Positions 37,439-50,073 of a DNA stretch of 64,000 nt are shown one piece after another (the stretch's first letter is position 1; every line of letters begins with the position of its first letter). The stretch covers positions 99,721,269 to 99,785,268 of the forward strand of contig NC_068982.1 in the NCBI RefSeq assembly GCF_001194135.2. Reading direction: 5' to 3'. Origin of the DNA: Octopus bimaculoides. Taxonomy: Eukaryota. The position numbers and the translations under genes are program-made. The notes beneath the pieces were generated by a model. It worked only from the letters and a program-made list of their open reading frames with translations. It was not told the DNA's origin and ran no database searches.

Positions 37439-38431
37439 AAATCATTTATCACTACTTTCATTTCGAAATTGGTGTTGTATAAGACTAACATTTCAAAACA
37501 TCAGTTCCATCAATTTCCACAACTTGATTCTTTGAAAGGTGAATTAGTTGATGAGGATTTTACTACATATTGCAACTATTTACAACCATTGCATGATAAC
37601 ATGGTGGAGTGATTTCAAGATGTTATTGCACTGCATATTCCAAATTGGTATAATAATCCGTTTGAGGTCAATGCAGTCGATTGTGAGGATGACGTTCAGG
37701 AGAAATTGATAGAATTACAAAATGACAATGACGCCACAATGCGGTATCACCATAATGGCAAAAAAGGTTTGTGGTACCATCAGTGTATATTGAATTCCAA
37801 CCCCAGTCTGTGAAAACATCTGAAATTACTTTTGCTTGCTTTCCCTACCTCATACCTGACTGAATCTGATTTTAACCATGTTGGAACTTTGCTTTCCCAT
37901 AAAAGAATTGGACTGGATGTAACACAATGAGGAGACTTGCAGTTAAAGTTGACAAGTTTGAAACCGAATGTATCTGCATTAGCTGCATCACACCAGACAC
38001 ATGGTTCTTATTAAAAAGTTTAATTCTTTTCCTTTATGATACAATCATTAATTATCTTTGCATCGATAGTTCTGATCAATGGTTCATTTGGGGAAAATGA
38101 AAATCAGTGTAAAAGAATGCGCAAATTTCCAGAAGTTAATCTGTCTGCAAAAAATACAGAGTTAACATTCGAATTTTATTGATACTAATGGCAAAGCTAA
38201 ACCCACAATAAGGTATTTGTAAACAACCGCATATCTAGTACAAACGGCACTAACAGGACAACGAGTCTATGATATAGTGTGTGTGTCAAATGATACAGAG
38301 TGGGGCTAGGGCATTTTGTGTTGTGGGGTTGTGTCAGGGATTTTTGTTTTTAAACAGGTGGGCAATGGAGCATTTTTTGGCTGATAGGTGGGCGATATTG
38401 CAATTTGGCACAAAAAGTTTGGGAAACACTG
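37439..38431 (+). mobile_element. hAT (Charlie/Buster-type) transposon 3' part, pseudogenised transposase
   Basis: Frame 37439-38014 reads ...NPF...ELQND...LLLAFPTSYLTES.F...GDLQLKLT...HQTHGSY* with three internal TGA. The right TIR reads CAGTGTTTCCCAAAC on the minus strand and ends at 38431. Confidence 0.88.
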
Positions 38432-38569
38432 ATGTAGACTGCACCCAGCAGAATTAGACATATAATGTGTGATGTGTATACAGCATGGTAAATACTGTTG
38501 TGATTTTTGTTTTCCTTAACGTTTTTTAAGATTAACCAATTATTTGTGGCATTGAATTTACATCCTGAA

Positions 38570-38674
38570 TGTTGTTGTTGTTATTATTATTATAATTATG
38601 ATTATTATCATTATTTAAAATTATGGTTATTAATGTCATTATTATTATTATTATGATTATTATCATTATTTAAA

Positions 38675-38709
<35 letters not shown>

Positions 38710-38800
38710 CATTATTATTTAAAATTATGGTTATTAATGTCATGATTATTATTATTATTATTATTTAAAATTATGGTTATTAATGTCATGATTATTATTA

Positions 38801-38831
<31 letters not shown>

Positions 38832-38840
38832 CATTATTAC
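38570..38840. repeat. Compound (ATT)n satellite with a repeated attatttaaaattatggttattaatgtcat unit
   Basis: The unit is visible three times inside the ATT tract. Confidence 0.8.
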
Positions 38841-41387
38841 AAAACAAGGACAGTTACAGTAACAAAAGGGAATGATATTAAGAAATATGATTTTTCAAAA
38901 ATAAAAGGTCCTTTGAATTGCTGCTGATTGACACCTTTGGTTTGGCTAAATCCAAAGAAGATTTGGAAGGAAAAAGGTGAGATTAAATCCAAAAACACTG
39001 GGCCTCAAAGAGATGATGTGGGATAAATAGAATGATTTGTTGTAGACCCATCCAACCCACATTAGCAGAAAAATAAAAGAGATTGCTAAAATTATGAAGA
39101 TGAAGAGGCAGAGAAGGAGGAAGAAGAGAAGTAGGAGTGGAGCAAGTATAGTATTGCAATGATTACCAGTGAAGTGAAACTGAGATTTGGTTTTGAGAAA
39201 GTTGTGATGTTTATGCCTTTAGAAAAGGCATGGGCATCACAACTTCCCAACCCCTTTTTCTTACTTATGCAATTGAGACTTTACATGCATTCATAAGAAC
39301 TACTTATGGATATTATCTAAATGTTAATTGAAAGAATATATGCTGCCTCTATGGTTACTACTACTACTACTACTACTACTACAGTTATTGTTAGCTGCAG
39401 TTAATCCCTGAACATATCAACCTTGACCCAATAATTTTAATTACTGACAAGTTGAGGTTTCAATCCTAAGGTGAATCCAATTCACTTACATTGCCACATT
39501 AGGAGAGCAAAAACCATCCCACAACTTTTTGTCTCTTCTTCCCAAACCATCACAACTTGCTTGATCTCTCTCTGTCTCTCTCAATACTTCAATCTTGTTT
39601 CTTTTAAATTCTCATCAATATTGCATCAAATCAATTTTCTACCACCCATTGTTATGACCTCTGCCTCTCTGAATTTGCGAACTTAATAAACCCACTAAAT
39701 GAACATCTTTACCTTCAATTAATCAAACTCATTACGTCTCAACACCTCTTCATCTTACAACTCTCTTTTTGAACAAACTGTTCTCTCCCCTAATTAACCT
39801 CAAACCCACCCCTCCCACTATTAAAACTCTTAATTTAAAATTTAAAAAAAATAAACAATGTTTATTTTACACACTTCTATACTTCAGTCTAATAATCAAA
39901 CCAAACTAAATCTTTGCTCCTCCTGCTCCTCTTCCTCCTCAGAATGTAAAAGAATTATAAGCTTCAGTGTAGTCTGTCTGCTGTATAGCAGGTAGCTTCC
40001 CCTGAAAGATTCAGGGTTAATCGCCAGCAACTAAAGACGTATAAAGCATTTGTGCAAATAAAAAAATTTCTTTTTTTTATAAGCAGTTCTTAAAAACTGA
40101 AAGCTATAGTAATATGAATCACATCGAACCAAATTTAACATTTTTTATACTAAAGAATTATTGTTAAGAATTATTTATACTTATTGTTGATGTTTATTTA
40201 GGATAACTGACTAGGTTTAATTTAGCCCTTTTTCAGCATTACATAGAAAGCCATCATTTGAAGAGTTTTGTAGGGAGAAGTGTTAATAGATTAAATTACA
40301 AACTATAATTGGGATTAACTCCAATTGCTAATTAATTATGAAAGTTGAAGAAATATCAACATACATTAAATTACTTTCATAAGTTTGTCTGTAAATACTT
40401 CTTCAACAGTATGAATATTATGTCATAGAAGAACTGATCTGAGATATGGGGTTTTGAATTATTAGGGTCTACAATGAAGTAAGTGTTAATATCTTACTAA
40501 CATTCTCTAGCTAAGATTACAGAATAAAACTAACATGTCAAATGGTTTTACTCTAGTGTTAAGTAAAATACTGAAATTACAATTAGTGAGAAGTACAACT
40601 AAGTTTGAGTACAGCAAATGTAACTAGAGAAAACAAAAGTACAGCAAGAAAAATTTGTGAAATAAGAAAAAGAAGAACATTTGTGCCAAGCAGCTTTGCA
40701 GTGAGGGAGAAGGAAAAAAAAAACATATCAATTATTCATAAGACAGTGTATTTTACAATTTGGTGCAAACTATTTGAACAGCAAACTATCAACTAAAAAT
40801 ATTTCACACAGTGACTAAAGAAAAATAGAAAGATAATTAAATGAAAAAAAAAAAACATTCAGGTGTAGAAAAAATTATGCTAAAATAGGAAGGAAAACAA
40901 ATTGCATAAAGACATTTGGTCAGCAGCCTTGTTGAGCATCAAAAATTCCGAAAATATTGAAAAAAAATTAATTTTGTTATTTTGTTTTGTTTTGTTTTAA
41001 AGTAAAATTTCAGTTTTATAAAATTAATGTTTTTAGGTAGGAGTGAAATGAATATATTAGATGAGAATGAAAAATATTGATAAAAAAAATAGCCAAATGC
41101 GTAAAGAAATTGCCAGATGCCAACTGCTGCAAGAAGGGAAAATAACATGTAAAAGAATAGGGAATAAAATAGACACATTCATTAAATATTATGAAAGAAA
41201 GCAAGGCAAGAAGAAGAAAAAAAAAAAAAAAGGAGCAATAGGGTTGGTAAAGCCACGCAATGAAAGCTACAACACTGAAAAGAAAAACCAGAGATATGAT
41301 TTCCCAAATACCAAGCAGGAGAGGTAGTACAGTTCACTTGAGACACTAGAAGTCTAGTGTCAAGGAGAACAGTTAGCACGAACACAC

Positions 41388-41480
41388 CTGGGTAATTGGT
41401 TATCCTAGTTAAAGACCTACATGCTCTGATATCTCCATCATCCCATGCTCTCTGGGGTCGATCCAAGAAACGAGATGGTG
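41388..41480 (-). CDS. ABLIM: ABLIM-family exon E: SPSRFLDRPQRAWDDGDIRACRSLTRITNYP
   Basis: gttttttcag acceptor and CAG|GTGTGT donor, with a second in-frame donor T|GTAGGT after 41421. 93 nt, phase 1-1. Completes the FA-SPSR motif with exon D. Confidence 0.88.
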
Positions 41481-42089
41481 CTGAAAAAACAAAATAAACG
41501 GAAAGCATTCATGAGCCACATAAATAATCAGTCCAATTAATATGTCTGCATTGCACAGTGATTGCTGCAGCTTCTTCAATCTGCTGGCCTTGTTGTTGCA
41601 GTAGAATTAAATCCTATTCCATTTGTTCGTAAAATTTGTAGTTAGTAACAAAATGAATATAACCAGTTCAATGATACTGTGCTTTTATAGGCTCGAAAGG
41701 TTTTGAGACTGCACAAAAATATCTCATGAACTGAGATTTTAAGCCACTTAGATCTTGTAAAACAAAATACATATAAACTAATTGAAATAATTTTAAAAAT
41801 GTTTATCTTTTACCAATATATTTTAAGTGATCTTACATTTTAATTTATTGCTACTCATTTTCATTACATATATTAGCCTTTATTGTCTCTGAATTTAATA
41901 TCAAAACAATTCTATTTTCCTATTCTTTTAACACCACAAAGGCAAGTACAGCGGACACTACACTTTGGAGAGGAGGTCAGAATAAAAAAGAAACATGTCT
42001 GGACATGTCCTTTGTACTTAAAAAATGAAAAAGTTACATTAAAATTTTTATTTACTGCATGATCATTTTGACTCAGCTGATTCCCTTTA

Positions 42090-44300
42090 TGCCTAATTTT
42101 TTTCTCAAAACATTTGCAATTTGTTGTTCATGTACACTGAATTTTGCACATTCAACAGAACATGCTAGTTTCATTTCTTTCTAATCTTTGCATGTCCTCT
42201 GCATTTAGAGTCCATGTCTCACTAACCATGTAGCATTGTTGTTCATACATAAGCATCATGTAATCTGCTGTTCACTCTGAGAGAGAGAGAGAGCTTTTGT
42301 TACCAATAAAGACAACAGCTCTCTTAATTTTCTCTATCATGTTCTTATTCTAACATTATACTTACAGAACATCCTCTTCCACTGCTAGTTAGACCACCCA
42401 TGTAACAGATACTATATACTACCTCTGAGAAAATCTTTTTCTATATATTCTTAAGAGTTTATTGCTCTTGCACATCTTCCACATATAAAGTCTACTTTCT
42501 CTGTAAATTTTCCTATGATGCCACTACACCTCTTGTATATCCATTGCTTGCACTGAGTACACTGTATGGAATTTCTGCTAACACATACATACTGAGTAGG
42601 GTCATTTTACTGAAGTGAGTTTAGAGACCTGCTTGTCTTCCTGCTTCCTCAAACTTTGGTTTTTGCTAAGTTAACTTTAAGCCTCTTTGATTCAAGTTTT
42701 GCTTCCACACCTGGAATCTCCTTTCTAATTCTATTACATATTCTTCTCTAAGAATAAGATCATCAACATAGAGAAGTTCCTAAGGGCAACTGGTCTTAAA
42801 TTCATCTGTTATGGTCTGGAAGAATATGATGAATAGGAGAGGACTAAGAACTGAGCCCCAGTGACTCCTAACTGTACACCAAATTCATTGTTATATTCAT
42901 CACTAACTTCCAAACATGTAAACAGCAGATTACATGTTCGTAACACTAACATCTTACAAATAGCACCCCTGTATGGCTCTCACAAACCATTTGTTAATCC
43001 CTAGCTTCCTCAGAGACCATTACATCATAAAATGTGGGACCCTGACAAAGACTCTCTCCAAGTCAGCAAATGTCAAATAAAATGGTATATTTTTGGTTAA
43101 TTACTTTCCCTGCAGTTACTTTACTAGAAAGAGGATATCAGTAGTACTTTTCACAAAACCAAACTGCATCTCATCTAGTCTATTTCTGTTCCTAATTAAT
43201 TAGGTTATAACTTTCTCTGTAACTTTCATGACCTAGTCCAGAAATTTGATAAGTCTGTAATTACTTCTGTCTAAATTAGGGGTGGGGTAACTTTATAATG
43301 CAGCGGGCAAAAATTTACAAAGAAAAGGTCTGCAGGTGGATCCCAAGTTCTAACTCTTATATCTGTGCAAATCTTGTATATATCTATGTATAATTCGATA
43401 TACATTAATAAAGATAAGTTTAACACATTAAAGTAATGTGTAACATCTTCATTAACGTTGCCACTGAATTTAGAACGTTTATACAACTCATGAGGTATTT
43501 TATATTTTTCAGTTAGAGTGTAGTTGGGTCTCAAGTGGGTGGTACAAACCTAGCAATATGTGTTTTATAGTGAAAACAAAATTTCCATTCAAATGGCAAT
43601 TACCAGACGATTTTCTATTTGAGTTTAACCATTTTAAGTTGTAGTGGAAACACAACCTGTCGCAAATAGGCATATGAATATTGTATAAATTTTATAATTG
43701 AAAAATTTACTATATTTTGTACATACAAGTATACCAGCTTGCGGGCATAATAAAATGGGCTCGTAGGTGCAATTTCATCTGTGGGCGGGGGGTTTCCCCA
43801 CCCCATGTCTAAATTATCACCTTTATCCTTTTTACAGTTGACTATAATGTGGCTACACAAGTCTTTGGGTATGATATCTTCTTTTACAACCTAATTAATT
43901 ATACAGGTAACTAGGCTGTGTCCTATGCCACCAGATATTTTAAGTATCTGAGCAGGGATTTCTGATGGACCAGAGGCTTTCTTTACTTTCATATCCTTAA
44001 TTGCATTAACAATGATACCACTGTCAGCTAGGATAACTAGTCCCTCTCTTAGGTCCACTCCACAATGGGAAGACCCTCTTTCTCCCATGCACTCTCTACA
44101 TTTAATAGCCTTTCATTGCAGTACTTCTGTGCCTCTTTATTCTTAGAATCCTAAGTGTAAGTGTACCCTTATCCATCCACAACACCTTGATTCACTTGGA
44201 TATACTACTTTGCAATCCAGAACACATCATATTATGGAACATTGGCAAACCTATCACTAGCTTCTTTTCTAACTACCTAATACAATTCCCTACTATCTGA
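42090..44300 (-). mobile_element. Degraded RTE LINE RT region, split by a MITE
   Basis: Remnants KASGPSEI, DKGDNLDRSNYR, MQFGF, SVLSPLLF, ELLYVDDL and LHG.ETW. Confidence 0.85.
43277..43806. mobile_element. 530-bp non-autonomous hAT element (MITE)
   Basis: TIRs TAGGGGTGGGGTAAC and ATGGGGTGGGGAAAC. 8-bp TSD GTCTAAAT at 43269-43276 and 43807-43814. Confidence 0.9.
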
Positions 44301-45206
44301 ATTTTCCAGCCTGTCTCTTCAGATTTATGGCTATGTCTACCCCGACTGTTCCACCATCACATTACCTTTGGTCTGACTCGAACTTTACACCAGCTACAGA
44401 TCTGATTTATCATTTACAGTCAGTTGTCCTAAATGTTATACATCTTTATCCTCTCCTATCAAATCCTACAACTATACATACATATGTGTGTGTGTGTGCA
44501 CGCACGCGCGTGCATATGCATGCATAACATTATAATATAAATATATTTATGGTGTGCTCAAGCATGGCCATAGCTACATGGTTGAAATCAGTACAGTGAA
44601 GTGAGTGAGTATCTATTTTGTTCTCTTTTGGTCTCCCCCCCACTCTCTAAATGTGTGTGTGTACACACCCACAATTGAAAAGTAGTTTATATTACAAGAG
44701 CGAAATAATAATCTTAAAATTAAACATTTCTCAGATTTAATGAATTGATAATGTAAATATGTAATGCAAATGAAACTGGGTGTTTTCTCCAAAATTATAA
44801 AAGTCATTTGAATTCCAACAGGATAATATATCTCAAAGAATGTGTGCAAGAATTCTTCATAATATTCCACTCCCTCTGCCAGGCTTAGATATTACAAGAA
44901 TTTTTAACACAAAACTTATTCAAATTGTATAAGATTAAGAACAGAAAAGCATATTATCTAGTTTATATACAAGCAGGAGTCTGTAAGTCTTCAAAAAAAC
45001 GTCATAAGAAAGTTATGAAAGATAAAAAATAAGTATCAAATAGAAAAATAACATTGTATAAACAATCAGAAACTCATTGTGTTGCTTTCATTTATTTTAA
45101 AAATTTGTTTTATGAACTTTCTAATAAGTATAGGTTCTGATAATGAGTGAGCCTGAATGTGGAAATGAAATAAGTTCAAGTGTGCTAAGGTGGCGATCAT
45201 ACTTAC

Positions 45207-45467
45207 AAGCAAACATAGGGGACTGATATCTTGTGCTGAACTTGGGCTCATATTTAGCTGAGGGGACCCTTGATGCTTTCCAAGGATCCAGTGGAGGGGG
45301 AGGCAAAGACTTGCGCTCAGCTAATTCTTTGTAGATAACACATCCCAAACCGGATCTATCCTTCAACTTGGACATTTCTTCAAATTCCTTTTTCTTTTTA
45401 GGGTCCTCTTTAGGTTGTTCCTCAGTGTCTTCCTCTTCTTCTCCTTTACTTTTTCGCCTTTGTCTCA
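45207..45467 (-). CDS. ABLIM: ABLIM-family exon D: MRQRRKSK...LDPWKASRVPSAKYEPKFSTRYQSPMFA
   Basis: ctatttaaag acceptor and T|GTAAGT donor. 261 nt, phase 1-1. The LDPxxASRxPSA...RYxSP motif is typical of invertebrate abLIM. Confidence 0.92.
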
Positions 45468-45562
45468 CTTTAAATAGAAATGAAAGAATCAACAATTAAA
45501 ATGTAAAATAAATATAATATCATAAAATTCACAGCTTATTCAACCAGTGTGATGGGTTGATT

Positions 45563-45948
45563 GGAGGCGCAATGGCCCAGTGGTTAGGGCAGCGGACTCG
45601 TGGTCATAGGATCGCGGTTTCGATTCCCAGACCGGGTGTTGTGAGTGTTTATTGAGCGAAAACACCTAAGGCTCCACAAGGCTCCGGCAGGGGATGGTGG
45701 CGAACCCTGCTGTACTCTTTCACCACAACTTTCTCTCACTCTTACTTCCTGTTTCTGTTGTGCCTGTAATTCAAAGGGTCAGCCTTGTCACACTGTGTCA
45801 CGCTGAATATCCCCGAGAACTACGTTAAGGGTACATGTGTCTGTGGAGTGCTCAGCCACTTGCATGTTAATTTCGCGAGCAGGCTGTTCCGTTGATCAGA
45901 TCAACTGGAACCCTCGACATTGTAAGCGACGGAGTGCCCAACAACAAC
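45563..45948 (+). mobile_element. tRNA-derived SINE family B with perfect 12-bp TSD
   Basis: GATGGGTTGATT at 45551-45562 and 45949-45960; A and B boxes present. Confidence 0.95.
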
Positions 45949-47209
45949 GATGGGTTGATTATGCTATCAGGCAAAGCTTTCAGCAAAAATCTTATAATAA
46001 ATTTGACTCTAATTTTAGTATTGAGCCCCACCACCAACCAATCAGTAAATATTCAGTTATTATTCTTATATACACTCAGTTTAACTTTTAAAATAAATAT
46101 AAAAATTCTATTTGCCCTGCAAGTTTACAAATGTCAATGCTCAGTAATAACAGTAAGAGGGTAAGAAAGAGAAATTTTGCGAAACAGAAAGCATGTGATT
46201 ACAGATTTATAATTTTCTGTTTTCTTTGCATTTTTCTAAGTGAAATATTTCTTTGCATCACTTGTTTTTAGGCTTGTTTAAGTAAGAAAAATTTTCAAAC
46301 ATTTCAATTTCACAGAATGATGATAAGGTCATCACATTATAAATATTTGTGATATGTGTAAAAAAAACTTTGCGGGGAAAAAAAAAAACACCTTCCAAAC
46401 CTAGTTAGGTTGAACTTTTATTCACTCAAAAACATATTTGACTTTAACAAGTGTTCAATTACTAGGGAAGTGCTAAGAAAAAGAAAAGATTGGCAAAAAG
46501 AGTGACTGAATTCACATCCTTTATTTTGTCATAGCCACAATATAGAATGGTTATCGTCAATAAAGAAGAAAGTAAATAAGAAGTTTTGAATTTTAAAAAT
46601 GTCAATGGGCAAATTCCTATAGATTCGCAGTAGTGCAGAGTTACAACTAATATATAACTATCAGACAGGTAGAATTAGTGGATATTATAAAAGATGTAAA
46701 GTGTTGAAGGTAGCAAAATCAAACCTGGATTTATCTGAAGTTTAACCAAGTTAGGTGAAGAGAAAAGATTTTACTTTTAGAGAGAGTATGACATTTCAAC
46801 ATGATCATATTAAATACAGGTGACAGTCAGTGATTAAGTCAAATGCTTTGGGGTATTTAGCTCTGCTAAATTTAGTTCAAATTCCACTAATGTCAACTTT
46901 GTCTTTCATCCCTTTATGGTCAAATACAAGAATTACCATTTAAGAAGTAGAATGATGATCATGGTCCATATAGAGATTATCTATTCCCTCTAGTACATAT
47001 GTGTAACCTTATGCTTATGTTAGAAATCAGTATCATATCCATGTGATAAATTGGCAGAAATAGCACAGCATTGAACAAAACATCATATGAATAAGTTAAA
47101 AAGAGAAAGAAAAAGATCTATGACCTTGTGTCTAAACTAAAAATAATAGTAAATATTTACAAAGAATATTTTCTGCCGCACAAATAGATATTCTGAGTGA
47201 GCAACTTAC

Positions 47210-47389
47210 TTATTTCGGGTAGAATTGCAGCTGGAGATGGCGGCCCAGGCCAATCTTCTCTTTCAATCTTGGTTATTTCATTAGGAAGTGGTGGTTTCCC
47301 AGCAGGAAACATACTTAATCTAACAGCTTCATCATTTTTCAAATCAACAGGTGATGCACTTCTTCGAACTTTAACAGTTTTGCTAGTTG
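47210..47389 (-). CDS. ABLIM: ABLIM-family exon C: ATSKTVK...IEREDWPGPPSPAAILPEI
   Basis: tttttctcaaag acceptor and A|GTAAGT donor. 180 nt, phase 1-1. The IEREDWPGPP motif resembles the abLIM/UNC-115 anchor region. Confidence 0.9.
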
Positions 47390-47461
47390 CTTTGAGAAAA
47401 AGGTAAAAATATAATAAAATTAGATACATAATATATAATATATGTGTGCATGTCTATGTAT

Positions 47462-47494
<33 letters not shown>

Positions 47495-47700
47495 CAATTA
47501 GAAAATGGAGGATAATATGCTGAACCCAACGACTTGATATATAAATTTAGGGTAAAACAAACCCCCACCTTTTTACCCGCTCCCACTTATTACACTTGGT
47601 ATAACACTAGTGTAACAATAATTGGGTACCCTCCCAGCAGTATATTGGATAGATACTATCCCTTAGTGGGTTGAATCCTCAACCCCTAACTCTCTTGCAT

Positions 47701-47731
<31 letters not shown>

Positions 47732-48750
47732 CATATTAGGTATTTTTTGAAGAAATTGAACAAAGAGATTTAAGAGGAAAGAAGGAAGTTTCAATATGGA
47801 AGTAATGAAAATAAAAATATTTACCTAACTGCATCATTCCTCCTAAAAAAAGTAAAAGAAAGTTTAAAAGTAAGAATATGCTTATATACTTTAAGAAATA
47901 AAATGCTTTTACATAGGCATAAAATATTCTTTACAGGAAAAAGATGGTGGCATTTTGTTGCACTCATGCCTTCACCAAGGGCATTAATCCTTTCATAAAC
48001 CTCAGAAATCTATAGATATTATTTTCAATTTTTTGTTTAAGCCAATGAGAGGCAAAATTTCCTTTAGGTAAGATGCTGTTCTATTGGATATAATCATCTG
48101 TCACACTCTTTTCACATTCTTATGAAGTTATCTAACCAACACCACTACCACCCACCTTTCTGTTCCTCTATCCTTATTCTTTCTCTTATATTCACCTTGT
48201 TCCTTGAGGGTATGCTCTCACCATCACTTTCTCCCATTGGAGCATGTCATGGTAGTCCAACTCACTGGATCCAGTCAAACTGTCTGACCCATGTCAACAT
48301 GGAAAACAGATGCAAATTAACAATGATGATGATGATGATAGAGGTGGTTGTCACGATGGATCATGCATCAGTTTCAATGACGAATAGTCCAGTGGTTTAA
48401 TCACTAATTACTGCAACTACCTCCTCATTGAAATATTGTTGTTGAGTATCCCACAGACACTTGTACCCTTACATAATACTCAGGTAGATTAAGGATGACA
48501 CTGGGTCATGGTACTTTGGTACTTTGAATTGTAGATATCATTTATCTGATAGGCTTCCACTAAGTTTCTGTCAACCCAATTTGACCTACACTACTTGGGC
48601 ATCCCTACAGCTAAGGTGGAAGTTGCTTGTGAAACCACATTGTTGTGAAGCAAACTGTTTAACCATCAAGCCATATATAATTATTTACATCGTATATCAT
48701 AAATACATACACACAAAGACATGCATATATACATAAGTTTTTAAACATAC

Positions 48751-48798
48751 CTTGTTTATTTCGAAGGAAAGTTGGTTCTTTCGAATAGGAAAAATTAT
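48751..48798 (-). CDS. ABLIM: ABLIM-family exon B (48 nt): DNFSYSKEPTFLRNKQ
   Basis: Strong ttcattccag acceptor and AAG|GTATGT donor. Phase 1-1, joins exons A and C in frame. Confidence 0.85.
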
Positions 48799-49922
48799 CT
48801 GGAATGAAAAGAAGAAAGAGATGAATAAACAAATTCCTAAACCTTTAATCAAATATAAGTCAGTAAAAAATAAAAGAAAAGGTAAGAAAATAAAATATTA
48901 AACATAAAATATGAGCAGTGGGATATGTCATCATTATAATATTTAAAATTGTTTTTAATTCACTCCCAAAGAAAACAATTGGAATTTGCTTTTCAATGGC
49001 AACAAATGTATTTAACTATGTAAACAATATTTTGTATCATATTTTGTTAATGATGAACTGCTACAGACCATAACTGATGTCAATAAATTCCTATTAGTTT
49101 AAGAACTGGCATCTAATTAGACCCAATTTATTATATGATCGCTTGACCCATAAGAAACAGCATCCGATTCACCTCAAATTACAACCACTGTCTTAAGAAC
49201 ACACCAGATAATATAATTTTAGACATACTATGTCTGGAAAATTAAAAAAAGCAGGATGTCCATGGCAGGAAAGCTTTTGATTATAGGTCAGCCCAGTCAA
49301 GGCTAAACAAAACTGACTTCATATAATACTACCTAGTACTAAATAACAATTAACCTTACATATTACTAATACACATATGCACACACACACGCAAACACAC
49401 ACACACACACACACACACAAAGCAGATGTCAGTTTGACTCTAATTGCAGCCACATGTATAAATTACTGGTAATTTGGATGCCACTGCAGATTTATGTTCT
49501 TTGCAGTGAAATGCCAGAATGGTTTCCCAAGAATTTCTTTAGGTGTTAGGTAAGTTTCAGCTTATATCTACAAGCTTTTAAAACACCAATCAGTCAACAA
49601 TAAATTGCATCATTCATGTGACTTTTGTACATAATTCTATGTACTACACATGCACCTATGATGAGTTGTAGTGCACCTGAGCACTATACATAATAAATTC
49701 ATTATTAAAATCCTCACTTGGTTGGACAAGGCTAAAAATAGCAAAGCAATTTTACCATAGACAGCAGAACACATGCAACAAAATGAAAACTATAATCTCT
49801 TTTGATTCAGTTAGATATAGATATACTAAGCAAGATTATACAATACTGGAAAATAATTCATCCCATTTATCTTGCACAGTTGATATAATAGAAAGTTAGT
49901 AATGGTTATATCAATCACATAC

Positions 49923-50073
49923 CTGGTCTACAATAATGAGTAGATGATTTACTCATTTCTTTGGGGTTGATGCTGGCCCTTTTCATATAGCTGTTATAAC
50001 CATCTTTCAAATAACTCGTGTTGTAAAATTTGCCATAGTTGACGTTAAAGGATCGTTCCAGCGAACTGGTATC
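49923..50073 (-). CDS. ABLIM: ABLIM-family exon A (5'-most exon found): DTSSLERSF...KSSTHYCRP
   Basis: Polypyrimidine ttttag acceptor at 50075-50074 and G|GTATGT donor. 151 nt, open, phase 0 to 1, and in frame with the next exon. Confidence 0.85.

Noticed and set aside
40017-40030. Possible alternative terminal exon after E (ctttag|TTGCTGGCGATTAA, giving NYPVAGD*)
   Set aside because: Only an acceptor-like motif; expected by chance in AT-rich introns.
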